Positions 24,132-36,100 of a stretch of DNA of 64,000 nt are shown piece by piece. The notes under the pieces are model-generated. The model did not search any database and had not been told where the DNA came from. It saw only the letters and a list, made by a program, of their open reading frames with translations. The stretch is from Diplonema japonicum (taxonomy: Eukaryota > Protista > Euglenozoa: Diplonemea). The DNA is taken from the NCBI GenBank assembly GCA_964019335.1, contig OZ025704.1, positions 248,001-312,000 of the forward strand, written 5' to 3'. A program made the translations under genes and the position numbers. The first letter of the stretch is position 1. Each line of letters opens with the position of its first letter.

Positions 24132-25006
24132 GATGGGAAAAAGGAAAAAGAAAAGCGCGTTGCGTGTGTTCTACCATAAGGATACAAAAGAGAAGAGAAA
24201 GGGGAGAAGAGGAGAAAAAAGAAAAGAAGAAAAAAAGGAGATTCTCAGCTAGCTTTTTTTTTTAATTCACCCGCTGTAAGTAATGAGTGGGTATTTTTTA
24301 TTTTCTTTTTTTTTTCTTCCAGTGAGCACTCCCTCGAACACTTAAACTTTATCGATTTTCTTTTTTCTCTTTTTCCCCTTTTTGTGTTTTTCTTCTTGTC
24401 CAGAACACGTTTGTGCTTTTTGTTTTCTTTTTCTTTTTTTCTTTTCTTTTCTTTTTTTTTTTAGGAACTCATACCACAAGAGGCTGTCCTCAAGTTGGAT
24501 TGTCTTTTACTATGAGTTTTTTATTTTTTTTGAATTACAGTATTTTCCCTTTCTCCATTTATGAACAGCGAGCACGCTTTACAAGACAGAGCTTTTTCAA
24601 AAAAATTGTCAAACATAATAAAAAGGGGAACATTGCAAACGTAAAATACTTCTCCAATTTCTACCCAAACGGCCAGGACCCCTTTGGGATCGCTGTGATC
24701 CATTCTTTCCGTTTGACACCCCCCCCTTCCTCGAAAAGGATCCAGTTCACATCAGGGAGCTAAACGGTTAGTACAGCTTTTAAAAAAGATTTAAAAAAAA
24801 AAAAAGCCTTGAAAAATATTCAAAAAAAACGCTCATTCCCTTTTTTTTTTCAGGGTTAACCTTTCGGGAAATAGTGGGGGGGGGATGGGACAAACAAAAA
24901 AATGCGGTTTTTTTTTTTTTTTTTTTTTTTCCCCCTTGGTTTCGCTCTATTTCCGTTCTTTTTCCTTTTGCTCCGCCCACCCTTCATTACAAGGTCCACC
25001 CTTCTC

Positions 25007-26590
25007 ATGGTGTATGTTGTAGGAGTCGATGTCGGTTCCGCTTCAGTACGGGCGGGACTGATAAAAGCAGGAGAGGGCAAGGTGCTGAAGCAAAGCAAGG
25101 AACCAATTAGAATACGAAAGCACACAGAGCACCACGTTGAACAGTCGAGCGCAGATATCTGGCAAGCAGTGTGCAAGGTGGTCAAAAACGTAGTCGAAAA
25201 CGTAGAAGAAGAAGTCGTAGGACTCGGCTTTGACGCGACATGCTCCCTAGTCGCAACCCCCCACAACAATGAACACCCACCATCAGTAGCATCAGTAGCA
25301 GAAGATGGCGAAGCCCCATGGGATATCATCATGTGGATGGACCATCGAGCCGAACACGAAGCCGAAGAGGTGAACAAAACCGGGCATCGTGTTCTAGAAT
25401 ACGTTGGGGGAAAAGTCTCGCCTGAAATGCAAATCCCGAAACTGAAATGGCTCAAAACACACAAATCCCCTGAATGGTGGGACTCTATAGCATACTTCCA
25501 TGACTTACCCGACTGGCTGACCTACAAGTCCACAGGATCGGTATCACGTTCCATGTGTTCCGTGGTGTGCAAATGGAATTTTCTAAACGACATTGACGCT
25601 CAAGGTTGGTCGAAATCGTTTTTAACCGAAACGGGTTTGTACAGCGAAGAGTTTATCGAGAAGATCGGGTGCAGCGAATCCGTGCGGCACATCGGCGAGA
25701 AGATCGGGGAGCTGTCCGAACAATGCAAGTCTGACTTCGGCCTCCCACCATCGTCCAACATCGCCGTCGGGACATCACTCATCGACGCCCATGCCGGCGG
25801 CCTCGCTCTTTGCAACGACGGACAGTCCCGCCTAGCCGTCATCGCAGGCACCTCCGCATGCTTCATGGCCGTTCATACCAATAAAATAAACCTCCCCGGA
25901 ATATGGGGTCCTTACAAGGACGCCATGATCCCCGGAACCTGGCTGCACGAAGGAGGCATGTCTGCCATGGGTTCCGTTCTCGACCACGTCATGACGATGC
26001 ACCCTGCTTACGACGGTTTGAAGGACAGGGCTGACCTCCACTCGTACCTGACATCATACTTCCCCGACCCTGTGGGGGAGGTGGTCAGGAGGGGTGTTCA
26101 TGTGTACCCGGATTTCCTAGGGAACCGGTCACCAATGGCAGACCCTACCCTTAAGGGTTCCATTGTCGGGCTCACGCTGGACACAGGGGTGGACAGCTTA
26201 GCTGCTTTGTTCGCTGCATGTGTCATGTCTCTTGCTTATGGTGTGCGGCATGTCTCAGATGCCCTTGTCGATGGAGGGTATAAGCTAGAGTCCTTTATTA
26301 TTGCTGGTGGTATTGCGTCAAATCCGATTTTCACGCATACCCTTGCAGACTGTACAGCCCTCCGTGTGCACTGTGTTCCAGGAGGGGACGCGATGCTCCT
26401 TGGCTGTGGTATTGCTGCGTCCACCGCAGCTGGTCTTTACCCGGATATCAAAACTGCGCAGGAGGCACATGCACCTGATTTCACGACCGTCGTGCGTGTC
26501 CCTGAGAAGGCGGGCGTTCATGAGAAGCGTTATGCAGTGTTCAAAGAAATGTTGAAAGACCAGATGAAATACACAAAGATGATGGAATGA
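25007..26590 (+). CDS. FGGY: FGGY-family carbohydrate kinase (D-ribulokinase-like)
   Basis: GVDVGSASVRA, GLGFDATCSLV, WMDHRA, YVGGKVSPEMQIPKL, LIDAHAGG, IAGTS, YPDFLGNRSP. Confidence 0.92.
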   Translation: MVYVVGVDVGSASVRAGLIKAGEGKVLKQSKEPIRIRKHTEHHVEQSSADIWQAVCKVVKNVVENVEEEVVGLGFDATCSLVATPHNNEHPPSVASVAEDGEAPWDIIMWMDHRAEHEAEEVNKTGHRVLEYVGGKVSPEMQIPKLKWLKTHKSPEWWDSIAYFHDLPDWLTYKSTGSVSRSMCSVVCKWNFLNDIDAQGWSKSFLTETGLYSEEFIEKIGCSESVRHIGEKIGELSEQCKSDFGLPPSSNIAVGTSLIDAHAGGLALCNDGQSRLAVIAGTSACFMAVHTNKINLPGIWGPYKDAMIPGTWLHEGGMSAMGSVLDHVMTMHPAYDGLKDRADLHSYLTSYFPDPVGEVVRRGVHVYPDFLGNRSPMADPTLKGSIVGLTLDTGVDSLAALFAACVMSLAYGVRHVSDALVDGGYKLESFIIAGGIASNPIFTHTLADCTALRVHCVPGGDAMLLGCGIAASTAAGLYPDIKTAQEAHAPDFTTVVRVPEKAGVHEKRYAVFKEMLKDQMKYTKMME

Positions 26591-26976
26591 AGATGAATTT
26601 TTTCTTCTGAGTGGGGGGGGGAGGGGAGTGGGTTTTTATTCAAAAAAGAAAAAGAAAAAAAGAAAAGATACTACATAAAAAGAAAAAAAAAAAGAAAAAG
26701 GGAAAACAAAAAAAAAAAAAAGGGACACGCCCTTTTTTTTAGAAAAGAAAACCCCGGCATTCTTTTGCTTTCCCCCTGACCAAAACTGGGAGGGAGAAGC
26801 AAGAACCATATTTCTTTGTATTTTTTTTTTTTATATATATATAAATCTCATCTTTTCAATTTTCAAAAAAAAAAAAAAGAATAAGGAAATCCCCCCATCT
26901 CTCTTTGTTTATTTTCTTCCCCCCCCCCCCAGGATATCTTCCCCTCATTAAACCAAAACACAGGCAGCGTTGTCTC

Positions 26977-28602
26977 ATGGTAACACTGTTCAAGACAAAG
27001 CATGCAAAAGTCGTTGCTGGAAGTATTGTGAAAGAGAATGTCGAGGCGATAAAGGTTCCGCTGTACGTGGAGGGGAACTTCCACAAGTTGAAACGGTACG
27101 CGATTCAGGAAATTCGAAAGCGGCAGAACAAGAAGATGATGGAGAAAGACACAGCGGTACGATTCGGTGAGATTTTCACATCTGCCGATAAACTTCTCGA
27201 CGCCAAGAGCCTCCGCAGCGCACGGCAACTCGAAAAAGACTACTGGAATTTCGACCCTCGCAACTCCACCAAAACCATGGAATGGTCGCAAAGCGAAACA
27301 TTCGCATACATCACAAAACGAGAAAAAAGATTCTTCAGCGCACTCCTTCCTCTTGTATCTCAAGCAGGATACCGATGCGTAACACGCAAAGACGTAGCTT
27401 ATGCAAGAGTCCACGGCTTCCAAAGATACAGGTTCAAATGTAACTGGGGCTCATTAAGCGATTCAGTAATAGATAGAAACATACCAGCATTAAGCCGAAA
27501 ATACGACGAAGATGCTGCATTTGAAGGCCGTGTTGCCATTTTTGTCAGAGGCGAGGGTGTTGTGAGCACGTCCGGATATTTTCTTTCAGACAAGTACGAG
27601 GCTGTGGTCCATCGTTTCACGGACTCTCTGTACTACCATGCGAGCCTCTACGCACCGCGGGCCGCGAGGTTATTCAACCCCGACTACGACGAATGGATGG
27701 AAAACTACCTTGAAAAGCAACAGTACGGCCACACCAACGACACGGTCCGCATCGACATCGACGACCAGCTTTCCAACGCCACCACATCACTCCGTCGAAT
27801 ATTCGGGGTGTGGACATTAAGAGAACCGACATTCAAATCAGTCATCGTTCTTTTTCGTCGAAACCGCCCTGCCCAAACTATAGACCCGGAGAATTTATGG
27901 CGGTCTGGCGGTACTAATTTCAACAGGCATAACATCGAGCTTCGGCAGTATGTCGACGTCCCGAAGACAGATCTGGAGCTTCTTCTCCCAGAAAAGTCGA
28001 TTCGACAAAAGCCACTCGATTACGTTGCGCTCACATCAATGACAGGGTTGTTGGGATGGACCCTGTACAAGGTCGCTCACACCGTTTTGAGCTTCACACA
28101 AATGACATTGGTTGGGATGGCCACCACATATGCTACAAGACTGATCGCCAGATGGAGGTCGAACCAGGTAAAGTACACTCACACCATTGAATCGTTACGA
28201 GCGAGGAATCACAAGGCGGCGGGCTCCGGTACGCTGAGGCAGCTAGAACATGCTGCCATGTCGCAGTTGTTGAAGCAAGCTATGATTGTCTACCTTGTTC
28301 TTTTGAAAGAGCACGCACGAGGCGGCGCCACACACTGGTGGGACTCCCATGCTCTTGACGCAGCTGTTTACAACGAGCTTCGAAATGCAATGAAACATGG
28401 TGTTTACAAAGGTTACTTTAATGCTGCCAATGTTATCCGTCCCGTTCCGGGTGAACTTGCTGTCAAGGTGACATCTGAATCAGATATTGGAGGGCTCGGG
28501 CTTTGGACGTATAAAACCGAAGGTGCTACCCTTGGTCTTCGCGTTGTGAAACCTGAGGATGCGCTCCAAGCCGTTCGCAAACAGTGGATGGAATTGATTT
28601 AA
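26977..28602 (+). CDS. DUF3754 / TMEM143-like protein
   Basis: LREPTFKSVIVLFRR and IELRQYVDVPKTDLELLLPEK followed by a hydrophobic hairpin; start codon uncertain. Confidence 0.7.
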   Translation: MVTLFKTKHAKVVAGSIVKENVEAIKVPLYVEGNFHKLKRYAIQEIRKRQNKKMMEKDTAVRFGEIFTSADKLLDAKSLRSARQLEKDYWNFDPRNSTKTMEWSQSETFAYITKREKRFFSALLPLVSQAGYRCVTRKDVAYARVHGFQRYRFKCNWGSLSDSVIDRNIPALSRKYDEDAAFEGRVAIFVRGEGVVSTSGYFLSDKYEAVVHRFTDSLYYHASLYAPRAARLFNPDYDEWMENYLEKQQYGHTNDTVRIDIDDQLSNATTSLRRIFGVWTLREPTFKSVIVLFRRNRPAQTIDPENLWRSGGTNFNRHNIELRQYVDVPKTDLELLLPEKSIRQKPLDYVALTSMTGLLGWTLYKVAHTVLSFTQMTLVGMATTYATRLIARWRSNQVKYTHTIESLRARNHKAAGSGTLRQLEHAAMSQLLKQAMIVYLVLLKEHARGGATHWWDSHALDAAVYNELRNAMKHGVYKGYFNAANVIRPVPGELAVKVTSESDIGGLGLWTYKTEGATLGLRVVKPEDALQAVRKQWMELI

Positions 28603-28735
28603 AAGAAAAGAAAAGAAAAAAGCTTGATCCTGAGGGACACATTTCGAAGGGGAAGAAATATATCTTTATTTTCTAAATTTTTTTACGCCTGAACGATCTG
28701 TATTTGTAACCTTTGCCAAGGTATTTTTTTTTTTT

Positions 28736-28777
28736 GAGGGGCGGGTCCTCAAGTGGGATTTGCCCTAAGACATCGCC
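28736..28777. repeat. Dispersed hairpin repeat family B (other copies at about 24479-24506, 41756-41783, 51913-51950)
   Basis: Shared core gtcctc(a/g)agtNggatt with flanking aggc/gcct or aggg/ccct arms. Confidence 0.7.
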
Positions 28778-29053
28778 TTTTTTCCTTTTCTCTTGGTATT
28801 CTAACCTCTTAGTTACATTTAGGTTGAAGGGGGAAAAAAAAAAAGGAGGGGGTATTTTAAGGAACAATAGAACTGCGTGTGATAAACAACATTAACAAGA
28901 AAGGTGGCGAGAATCAAAGTGTGGGGGTCCAACCGCATCCCTCCACCAAATAGTGAATCTCTTTTGGTGAAGAAGCGTTTTTTTTTTTTTTTTTTTTTTT
29001 TCCAGCCATTCTCCCGCCTTCTCATGTTGTTTTTTTTTTTCTATTTTTCTTTT

Positions 29054-29092
<39 letters not shown>

Positions 29093-29553
29093 CTGGAAAA
29101 CCTCGTTCAAAAAACAAAGGCGGTGGAATTAAAAAGAAAAGAAAGAAAAAAACCCTCTCGCCCCCCTCTACCAAAATTTTGGCATTAGGTTAGGCAAGAG
29201 AGGGGTGTGAAGATTAAGGGGGAGGGAGAGGTTTATGTTGCTAAGGTTCTAAAAGGACAAGAAGGGTGCCTCTGTGTGCCGCCCGTCCACCCTCCCCTTT
29301 ATTTTGCATTTTTTCGAAAGTGAACTAAATCAAAAAAAAAAAAAGAAGAAAAAGAAAAAGAAGGGAAAAAGCTAATTCGTATTTCCTTGGTGTGGGTTTT
29401 GTATACACAATTAGTGAACATCACCTTCCCCCTTTAACCCTTAACTAGACTCTTTGATCTTGTCTTATCTTTTAACAATACAACGTCGCATTTCATCAAA
29501 GCAGGGAGGGAGGGGGGAGCAAAGGGGGGAAAAGAAGAAAAAAAAAAAAGACA

Positions 29554-31740
29554 ATGGAAGGCCACTCTTTGGTCCCGTGGCAAAATGGCACGATGCTGTG
29601 CTACGGGGGAAAACGTGGGGACAAGTACACGAGCGATCTATGGGTCATCAGCATGCGTGAAGAAGGGAAGGCCTACTGGAAGATGGCACCGAGCACAGGG
29701 ACGGCACCGACCCCCCGAGCTTACCACACAGCTTCCCTCTGGAGGGAAAGGTTCATGTTGGTCATTGGCGGAGTGGGGGAATATGAAAAGGGTGGTGTGG
29801 AGAACCACTTCTGGATGTATGAGGAGAAAACAGGATGGAGGGTACAAGAGGCAGTGGGCGATGCACCTGTACGAAGGTGCCATCACTCGGTGAGCACGAA
29901 CCCAGGAACCGACATGCTGTACTTGTATGGGGGCTACCCTGTGGGTCCTAATGCCGCAGAGTTGTTCAATGTTGCGCCCGGTACTGCTGCGCCTGTCCAC
30001 AGGGATTTCTTTGAGGTCCATCAGTTAAACCTGATGGGCGCGACGCCTACTTGGCGGCGCATCACAGCAACGAACACGCCGCCCATGCTGTGGGGGCATA
30101 CCTCGACGCTTTTTGCGAACAATCTTATTATTTTCGGAGGTGTCGATGTTGTGGATTCCAAGGAATCGAAGACGATGTGCGTGTGGCACTCCGATCGGTA
30201 CGAGTGGCGTTGGGTCGACTTCGCCAACGGCCCTGTCCCCCGTGCCCTGCACTCTGCTGTCGTGGAGAGCAGCAACGACAAGATGTACGTCTTCGGCGGG
30301 TTTGGCAACGTGAACACCATGAAGTTCAACGACACCTGGTGCTTCTCTGCGGAGGCAGGGCAATGGACCCCTCTTAAAACCACCGGCCCGCTCACAGTCA
30401 AGGCCCGTAGCGGGCACGCCTCCTGCCTGCTCCCTGGGAAGCGCCTCTTCATCCACGGTGGCATCAACGCTGATGGGAATGTTGTCTCCGACTCGCAGCT
30501 TCTCGACATCGCCACCGGCTTATGGTCCACCATCTCAGCTACTCGAACCGAGCCGCCTAAGCTTCCCATCCCTTCACCGTCAACACCAGCACCACCACCG
30601 CCTCACGATTCTCCCCAACGACAACCCCAAGCCGAGTCCATGAGGCCTGTACGGGGTGTCGTCTTGCACTTTCACCAGCCCTTACGCAACACAACCGCCT
30701 TGTCGCACACTATCGCAAGGTTCCTCGCCATCTCGCCGCAGTGCGTAGCGGTGTCCAGCTCGACGTACAGCAGTGCGTTGATCACCATCACAGGACTGCC
30801 GACCGCAAACGAGCTTTCTGAAGAACTGCTTCGGCGCTGTTTGCACCCGCAAGACCCCTTAAGGGCTGCTGCTGGCATTTCAGGCGCTGAGTGGGAGGGC
30901 GAGAACAGGCCGCTCCCCGACCAGATGTCGCATTACCCGCTTCGTGAGGAGGAGGTGGTGCCGTTCAGCGATGACAGGCGTCTAGTGCAGACATATCACG
31001 TGGAGCAGCCTGAGCTAGAGGTGATACGACCGCCATCGCCGGCGGCGCATCCTGAACCTGCGAAGTTTGGGATGTCGCAGGGGTGCCAGACAAAGGTGGT
31101 GCAGGAGACGCAGGCCGACCAGAACGAGAACTTGATAATACTACAACAGAAGGAAGAGATTGATGAGCTGAGGCGACGGGTAAACGCAGCAGAGAAATCC
31201 CCACCACCGTCGAGCATCACTGGCTACTTGAGGCTTCCTGATGAGTACGATGCGGGGCCGGCGCCTATGCTGTCAGCGTCGACACCGATGGGGCCAGAGC
31301 TGAAGCTAACGAAGGTGACGCTAGCGGATATGCTGCCAGGTACTGTGCAAAGTAGGCAGATACCAGGCATGGCGCTCCCTCAGGTGCCGAAGGTCAGCGC
31401 TGCAGCTGCTGCACATGTGTTGAGATCGTCGACAGCGCTGACGGTCGAACGCCGTGCTAGCGAGAACATCAATGCGTCCATCCTCGACCCCTCTAGGTTG
31501 CCCACAGCACACACCGACCCCTCAGCCCTTGCGCCTTCACACGAGCGTCACCCTTCTTACCCCTATACTGGCAACCCTCCTGTACCTCTTCCTGGAACTG
31601 GTCCGTCCATCCCCGACCCCAAGTCTATCCCCACAGCCCCCCCCAGAATGCCACAGGCAAAGAAGACCTCCGGACCAACGCTGAAGGATATTATCAACGG
31701 AAAGGCGTCGATGCTGTCCATCACACATCTGGGGAGGTAG
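29554..31740 (+). CDS. Kelch-repeat beta-propeller protein with Pro-rich C-terminal region
   Basis: Six repeats with H...(F/Y)GG...W spacing (PRAYHTA, RCHHS, LWGHTS, PRALHSA, ARSGHAS). Confidence 0.85.
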   Translation: MEGHSLVPWQNGTMLCYGGKRGDKYTSDLWVISMREEGKAYWKMAPSTGTAPTPRAYHTASLWRERFMLVIGGVGEYEKGGVENHFWMYEEKTGWRVQEAVGDAPVRRCHHSVSTNPGTDMLYLYGGYPVGPNAAELFNVAPGTAAPVHRDFFEVHQLNLMGATPTWRRITATNTPPMLWGHTSTLFANNLIIFGGVDVVDSKESKTMCVWHSDRYEWRWVDFANGPVPRALHSAVVESSNDKMYVFGGFGNVNTMKFNDTWCFSAEAGQWTPLKTTGPLTVKARSGHASCLLPGKRLFIHGGINADGNVVSDSQLLDIATGLWSTISATRTEPPKLPIPSPSTPAPPPPHDSPQRQPQAESMRPVRGVVLHFHQPLRNTTALSHTIARFLAISPQCVAVSSSTYSSALITITGLPTANELSEELLRRCLHPQDPLRAAAGISGAEWEGENRPLPDQMSHYPLREEEVVPFSDDRRLVQTYHVEQPELEVIRPPSPAAHPEPAKFGMSQGCQTKVVQETQADQNENLIILQQKEEIDELRRRVNAAEKSPPPSSITGYLRLPDEYDAGPAPMLSASTPMGPELKLTKVTLADMLPGTVQSRQIPGMALPQVPKVSAAAAAHVLRSSTALTVERRASENINASILDPSRLPTAHTDPSALAPSHERHPSYPYTGNPPVPLPGTGPSIPDPKSIPTAPPRMPQAKKTSGPTLKDIINGKASMLSITHLGR

Positions 31741-32162
31741 ACTTTTTTCTAGATTTTTAGATGTTATTCTTTTGTATTATTTTCTCCTTTTAACTGCGCG
31801 AGACTTGCTGATGACGCTCTTCAAGGGGCCTGGTGATCCAAACGCACCATGGCAAGCACTACACTCTCCAACAGATTGCTGATGGGCAATGCTGCTATTA
31901 CGTTGTCTATGCATGTCAGTTTGTTAACTGCTGCTCCGTTGAACCCTTGAATTCCTCTGTTGGTCATCTTTGATACCTGTGCTGAATAGCTTCTGGATGT
32001 GATGCTTGCAGTCTCTATCCTCACACTCCGACCAGCCGGAGACTTCGTATAAGCTGATCAACGACTGCCCCTCGCTGCCACTAAAAGAACCCCCGCCCCC
32101 ACCCTTTATTTATTCAGGGTAAGAAAAACCCAAGAGGAAAAAAAAAAAAGAAAAAAAGGGAA

Positions 32163-32743
32163 ATGGAACGTAACCAAGTGCAGGAACATGTGGACAGGGC
32201 GAGGGAGCAGAAGGAGGTCGGGAACACCTGTCTGAAGGGAGGGAAGTACAAGCAGGCGAGCTTTGAGTATAAGAAGGGGCTTATGTTTGTAACGGAGTAC
32301 CTGCCGAAGGACCTGAAGGTGAACAACGCCCCGGAGATGGCGATGTTCGGAGGGGGGAAACAGCAGGTCGCTACAAAGGAAGAGGCAAAGGCAGCTCTGG
32401 AGCTTTGTGTGCAGCTTAACGGTAATATTGCACAGGCTAGACTGAAGCTTGGAGATTGGGATGGTATGGAACAAAGAAGAAGAAAGTAGGGGAAAAAAAA
32501 CAAACAGGCACGCTAAAGCACACAAACGAAATTCTCCGTCTCGACCCCACAAACGTGAAGGCCCACTTTCGCCGAGGAACAGCATACCTCCGCAAGGGCG
32601 ACACTGACCGGGCGCGCGCCGACTTCGATTTGGTTCACAGCAAAGACCCGGAGTCCGTAAAATCCCAGCTCGACCTCCTCGAAAAGGAAGAAGCCAAGCA
32701 GAAGAAAGCCCAGGACAAATTGTACAAGAAGATGTTCACATAG
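32163..32743 (+). CDS. TPR protein (TTC9/FKBP-TPR-like); 2 exons
   Basis: join(32163..32463,32508..32743); KEVGN, NIAQARLKL, NVKAHFRRG; a 44-nt GTATGG...ACAG intron joins the two ORFs. Confidence 0.85.
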
Positions 32744-33163
32744 GGACTGACAAAGAGGAAGAAGAAGAATTGTATCTAACCTAATTCTTCCACCCCCCCC
32801 CCCCCCGTTTACAAAGCTATCCTCGAATAGAATTGATTTTTGTTTTGTTTTTTTTTAGGTTCTTTTTTTTATTCTTCATTTGAAATAATTCCCGTTTCAT
32901 ACCTCCGTGTTGTTGAAAGGGGTGAAATATGAAAAAAAAGGAAAAGAAAATAGGGGGGGGGGAGAGGAGTGTGGGGAAAAACGAGAAAGAAAAAAAGAAG
33001 AAAAAAAAACCTCGTCGTTGACAATATTTTTTTTTTAGCCTTTTAGAATTTTACTTCTTTTTTTTTTTTTTACATAAAATCAATTAACAGTTGGTAGCGG
33101 AGGGGGGTGAGAGGGGGGGGGTTATTTTTTTCTCTTTTTTCTTTCAGATTTTCAAAAAGAAAA

Positions 33164-36100
33164 ATGTCGTTAGCAAGAATGAGCATGATGGAGGAGGTGA
33201 TCCGATCGCACAGAATAGCGACAATAGGAGAGAACAGGCTTGACAAATACAACTGCACACAAAGCGCTTTAGGGTGCATGAGCGCAAGGAGCGGCATAAG
33301 AAGGTGTGCCATCATGATAATGGACCACCGACGGTTCGACCAGCTCATCTTGATAGTCATTATACTAAACTGCGTGACCCTTGCCATGGCGGACCCGACA
33401 CTCAAGGACATCAAGGTGGTACAGGACATTCTATACGTCTCAGAATATGTATTTCTTATAGTATTCACCCTCGAAATGGTCATCAAGGTGCTCTCCTTAG
33501 GGCTCTATTTCCACCCGCACGCCTACCTCCGCGGGACTTGGAACAAGCTCGACTGTTTGGTCGTGACTACCGGCTACTTCCAGCTCTTCACTCTTCAAGG
33601 GAGTAACCTCACCATGCTCCGGGCATTACGTATTTGCCGGCCGCTTCGAATGGCCGGGAAGCTCAAGGAGATAAAACTTCTGATGGCGACGCTAGGGAGC
33701 AGCTTGCCATTGATGGTTGATGTGTTCGTTCTTTTAAGCTTCTTGGTATGGGTCTTCGCTATTCTCGGGCTTCAGTTATGGGCTGGCGCGTTGCATTACC
33801 GCTGCTACATCCCCAGTGGAACCCGAATCAGTCAAGATCTGCAGGATGGCATGACAGCAGACGAGCTTGCCAACATCCGGTCACGCCTTGACAACAAGGG
33901 ATCCACCCTCGTGCAGCACCTTCTTGTTTTAAATGACACCGCGGTCTGCGGTGTCGGGCACTCCTGTCACGAGAACGGTGTCACCCTCCCGCAGGAATGC
34001 ATTGCCGACCGCTCCATCTCCGACTACGGTCTAGGCACCTTCGACAACATCTTGGAAGCCTTGCTTCTCGTTCTGAAGGACGCCTCGCTCGATGACTGGC
34101 CGCAAGACATGGCAAACTTCCAAAACAGGTCGGGTCACGGGGCGTGGGTGTACTGGTTTTTCCTGTCGCTGCTGGGGAACTACTTCGTCTTCAACCTGAT
34201 GCTTGCGGTGCTGTCGGATTCCTTCTCGAAAGAAAGAGAGAAGGTGCCACCGAAAGCACCGCAAGCCATGAAATGGCTGAGGTGCCATCACAGCTTAGGA
34301 GCAAGTGTGCTGTATGTCCTCCAGGCTATCCCAATGTTTGGCTTGAGCCAGTCTGGAACGTATGTATGCTTGCTGCCTCCTGGGAAGTGGAAGAATGGAA
34401 CGTGGGTGTCGTGCGACCTGAACCTCGACTCGCACATCATGGTCGCAGAGGACGATGTTGACCACGATGAGGAGGACGACAACATCGAGAAGGACCTAGG
34501 CGGGTCTGAGGACAGCACCCCCACATCGTCGCAGCGTGCGACAATGGAAGCACAACGTGAGGTGGAACAGGAAGTAGCCATGAAGGACAAAGGCGTGCTG
34601 TACACGATGGAAGGCCGCAAAAAGAGACTGGTGTACGCAATGAACTGCCTCAACGAACTGCTGCAGAACTCTATGATGGAGAACATGACAGAAGACTTCC
34701 TGAAGGTCGACGTACTTGAGGGGTCGAACCTCATTGTGTGCGACAAGCAAGCCTCGGACCCGTACGTGGTAGTGGAAGTGGACGCAACGGCCATCGCACC
34801 TGCGAACCAGAAGTTGGACAAATACATGCAACGAAAGTGTACGTTGGCGAAGAACAACACCAGGAACCCTGTGTGGAATGTGTCCTTGTACTTCCCCCTT
34901 CCGGATGGTTTCAAAGAGTTCACGAAAGGCGAGAAGCCAATCACGGTGAAGTTCACCGTCTATGACAAAGACGACCTCAGCAGCGACGACTTCATGGGTG
35001 AAGTCACTTACAGCTTCACTGCTGTGGACAACACCAACGAGACGCCCATCGTGACCCGTGCTTTGTGTGAGGCTCATCAGATTGCCACGAAGGGACGCGA
35101 CGCAGGTCTCGGTTCCTTCACCTTCAGAATGGGGCTTCACTTCCATGAAAGGGAAAATACCTCAAATAGGGTAAGCGTGTCGCGAGGGAGACCAAGCGTG
35201 CATTCTAGAGCCAGCTTGACACGCCCACGCCTATCAAGCCTCATGCCTCCTTCGGAGAGCCCTGGGTCGAAGGACGCATCAGAGAATGAATCCAAATCGA
35301 AGACTCGCGGTATCTCCCCTGCCCAGATTAGCAGTGACGAAAATGAGCCCACTGGAGATGGTACCTCCTGTGATGTGGAAGAAGAGGAGGAGCGAGAGGG
35401 TGAAGAGCAGGAAGACGAGGACTTCACAAAGGTGATGGGGCTGAAAGCGAAATACCTGAACAACATCTCAGCGGTACGTAAGTCGTGGATGATTGCCATC
35501 CATCAGAGGCCTTTCCAGCTGTTCTTCTTCATGCTGACCATCGTGAACGTGGCCGTGTTGGCGATAGACCACTACCCAGAGAACAAGGACTTGTCGGTGT
35601 TTATTGAATGGACGAACTTTGCGTGCACAATTGGGTTCATCATCGAGGCTGTTGTCAAGATAGCTGTGATGCGGAAGGCGTACTTCAAGGATAATTACAA
35701 CAATTTCGATCTCATTCTGGTGGCCATTTCGATACCCGATCTCATCCCCAACGGGCCGAACCAGAAGTTGAACGCCCTGAGGATATTCAGAATGCTGAGA
35801 GCGGCAAGATTGGTGAAGCGGTCGCCTGCTTTGTTCCGTGTGGTGGGCACCATCATTGTGTCCTTGAAGGAGGTGGCATGGCTGTCCTTGCTGATCGTTC
35901 TTTTCATCTTCATCTACGGTGTGCTGGGAATGCACCTCTTCGGGTCGCGTTTCGAGGTCGACCCTGGCGACGAGGACTGGTCCCTCCCAGACCCTTACCA
36001 CAGGCTCGAACGACGTGACAGCTTCCATTCCTTCACAGACTCCTGTATCAGCATCTTCGTAGTGATGACAGGCGAGGGATGGGGGAGCCTCATGTGGCTC

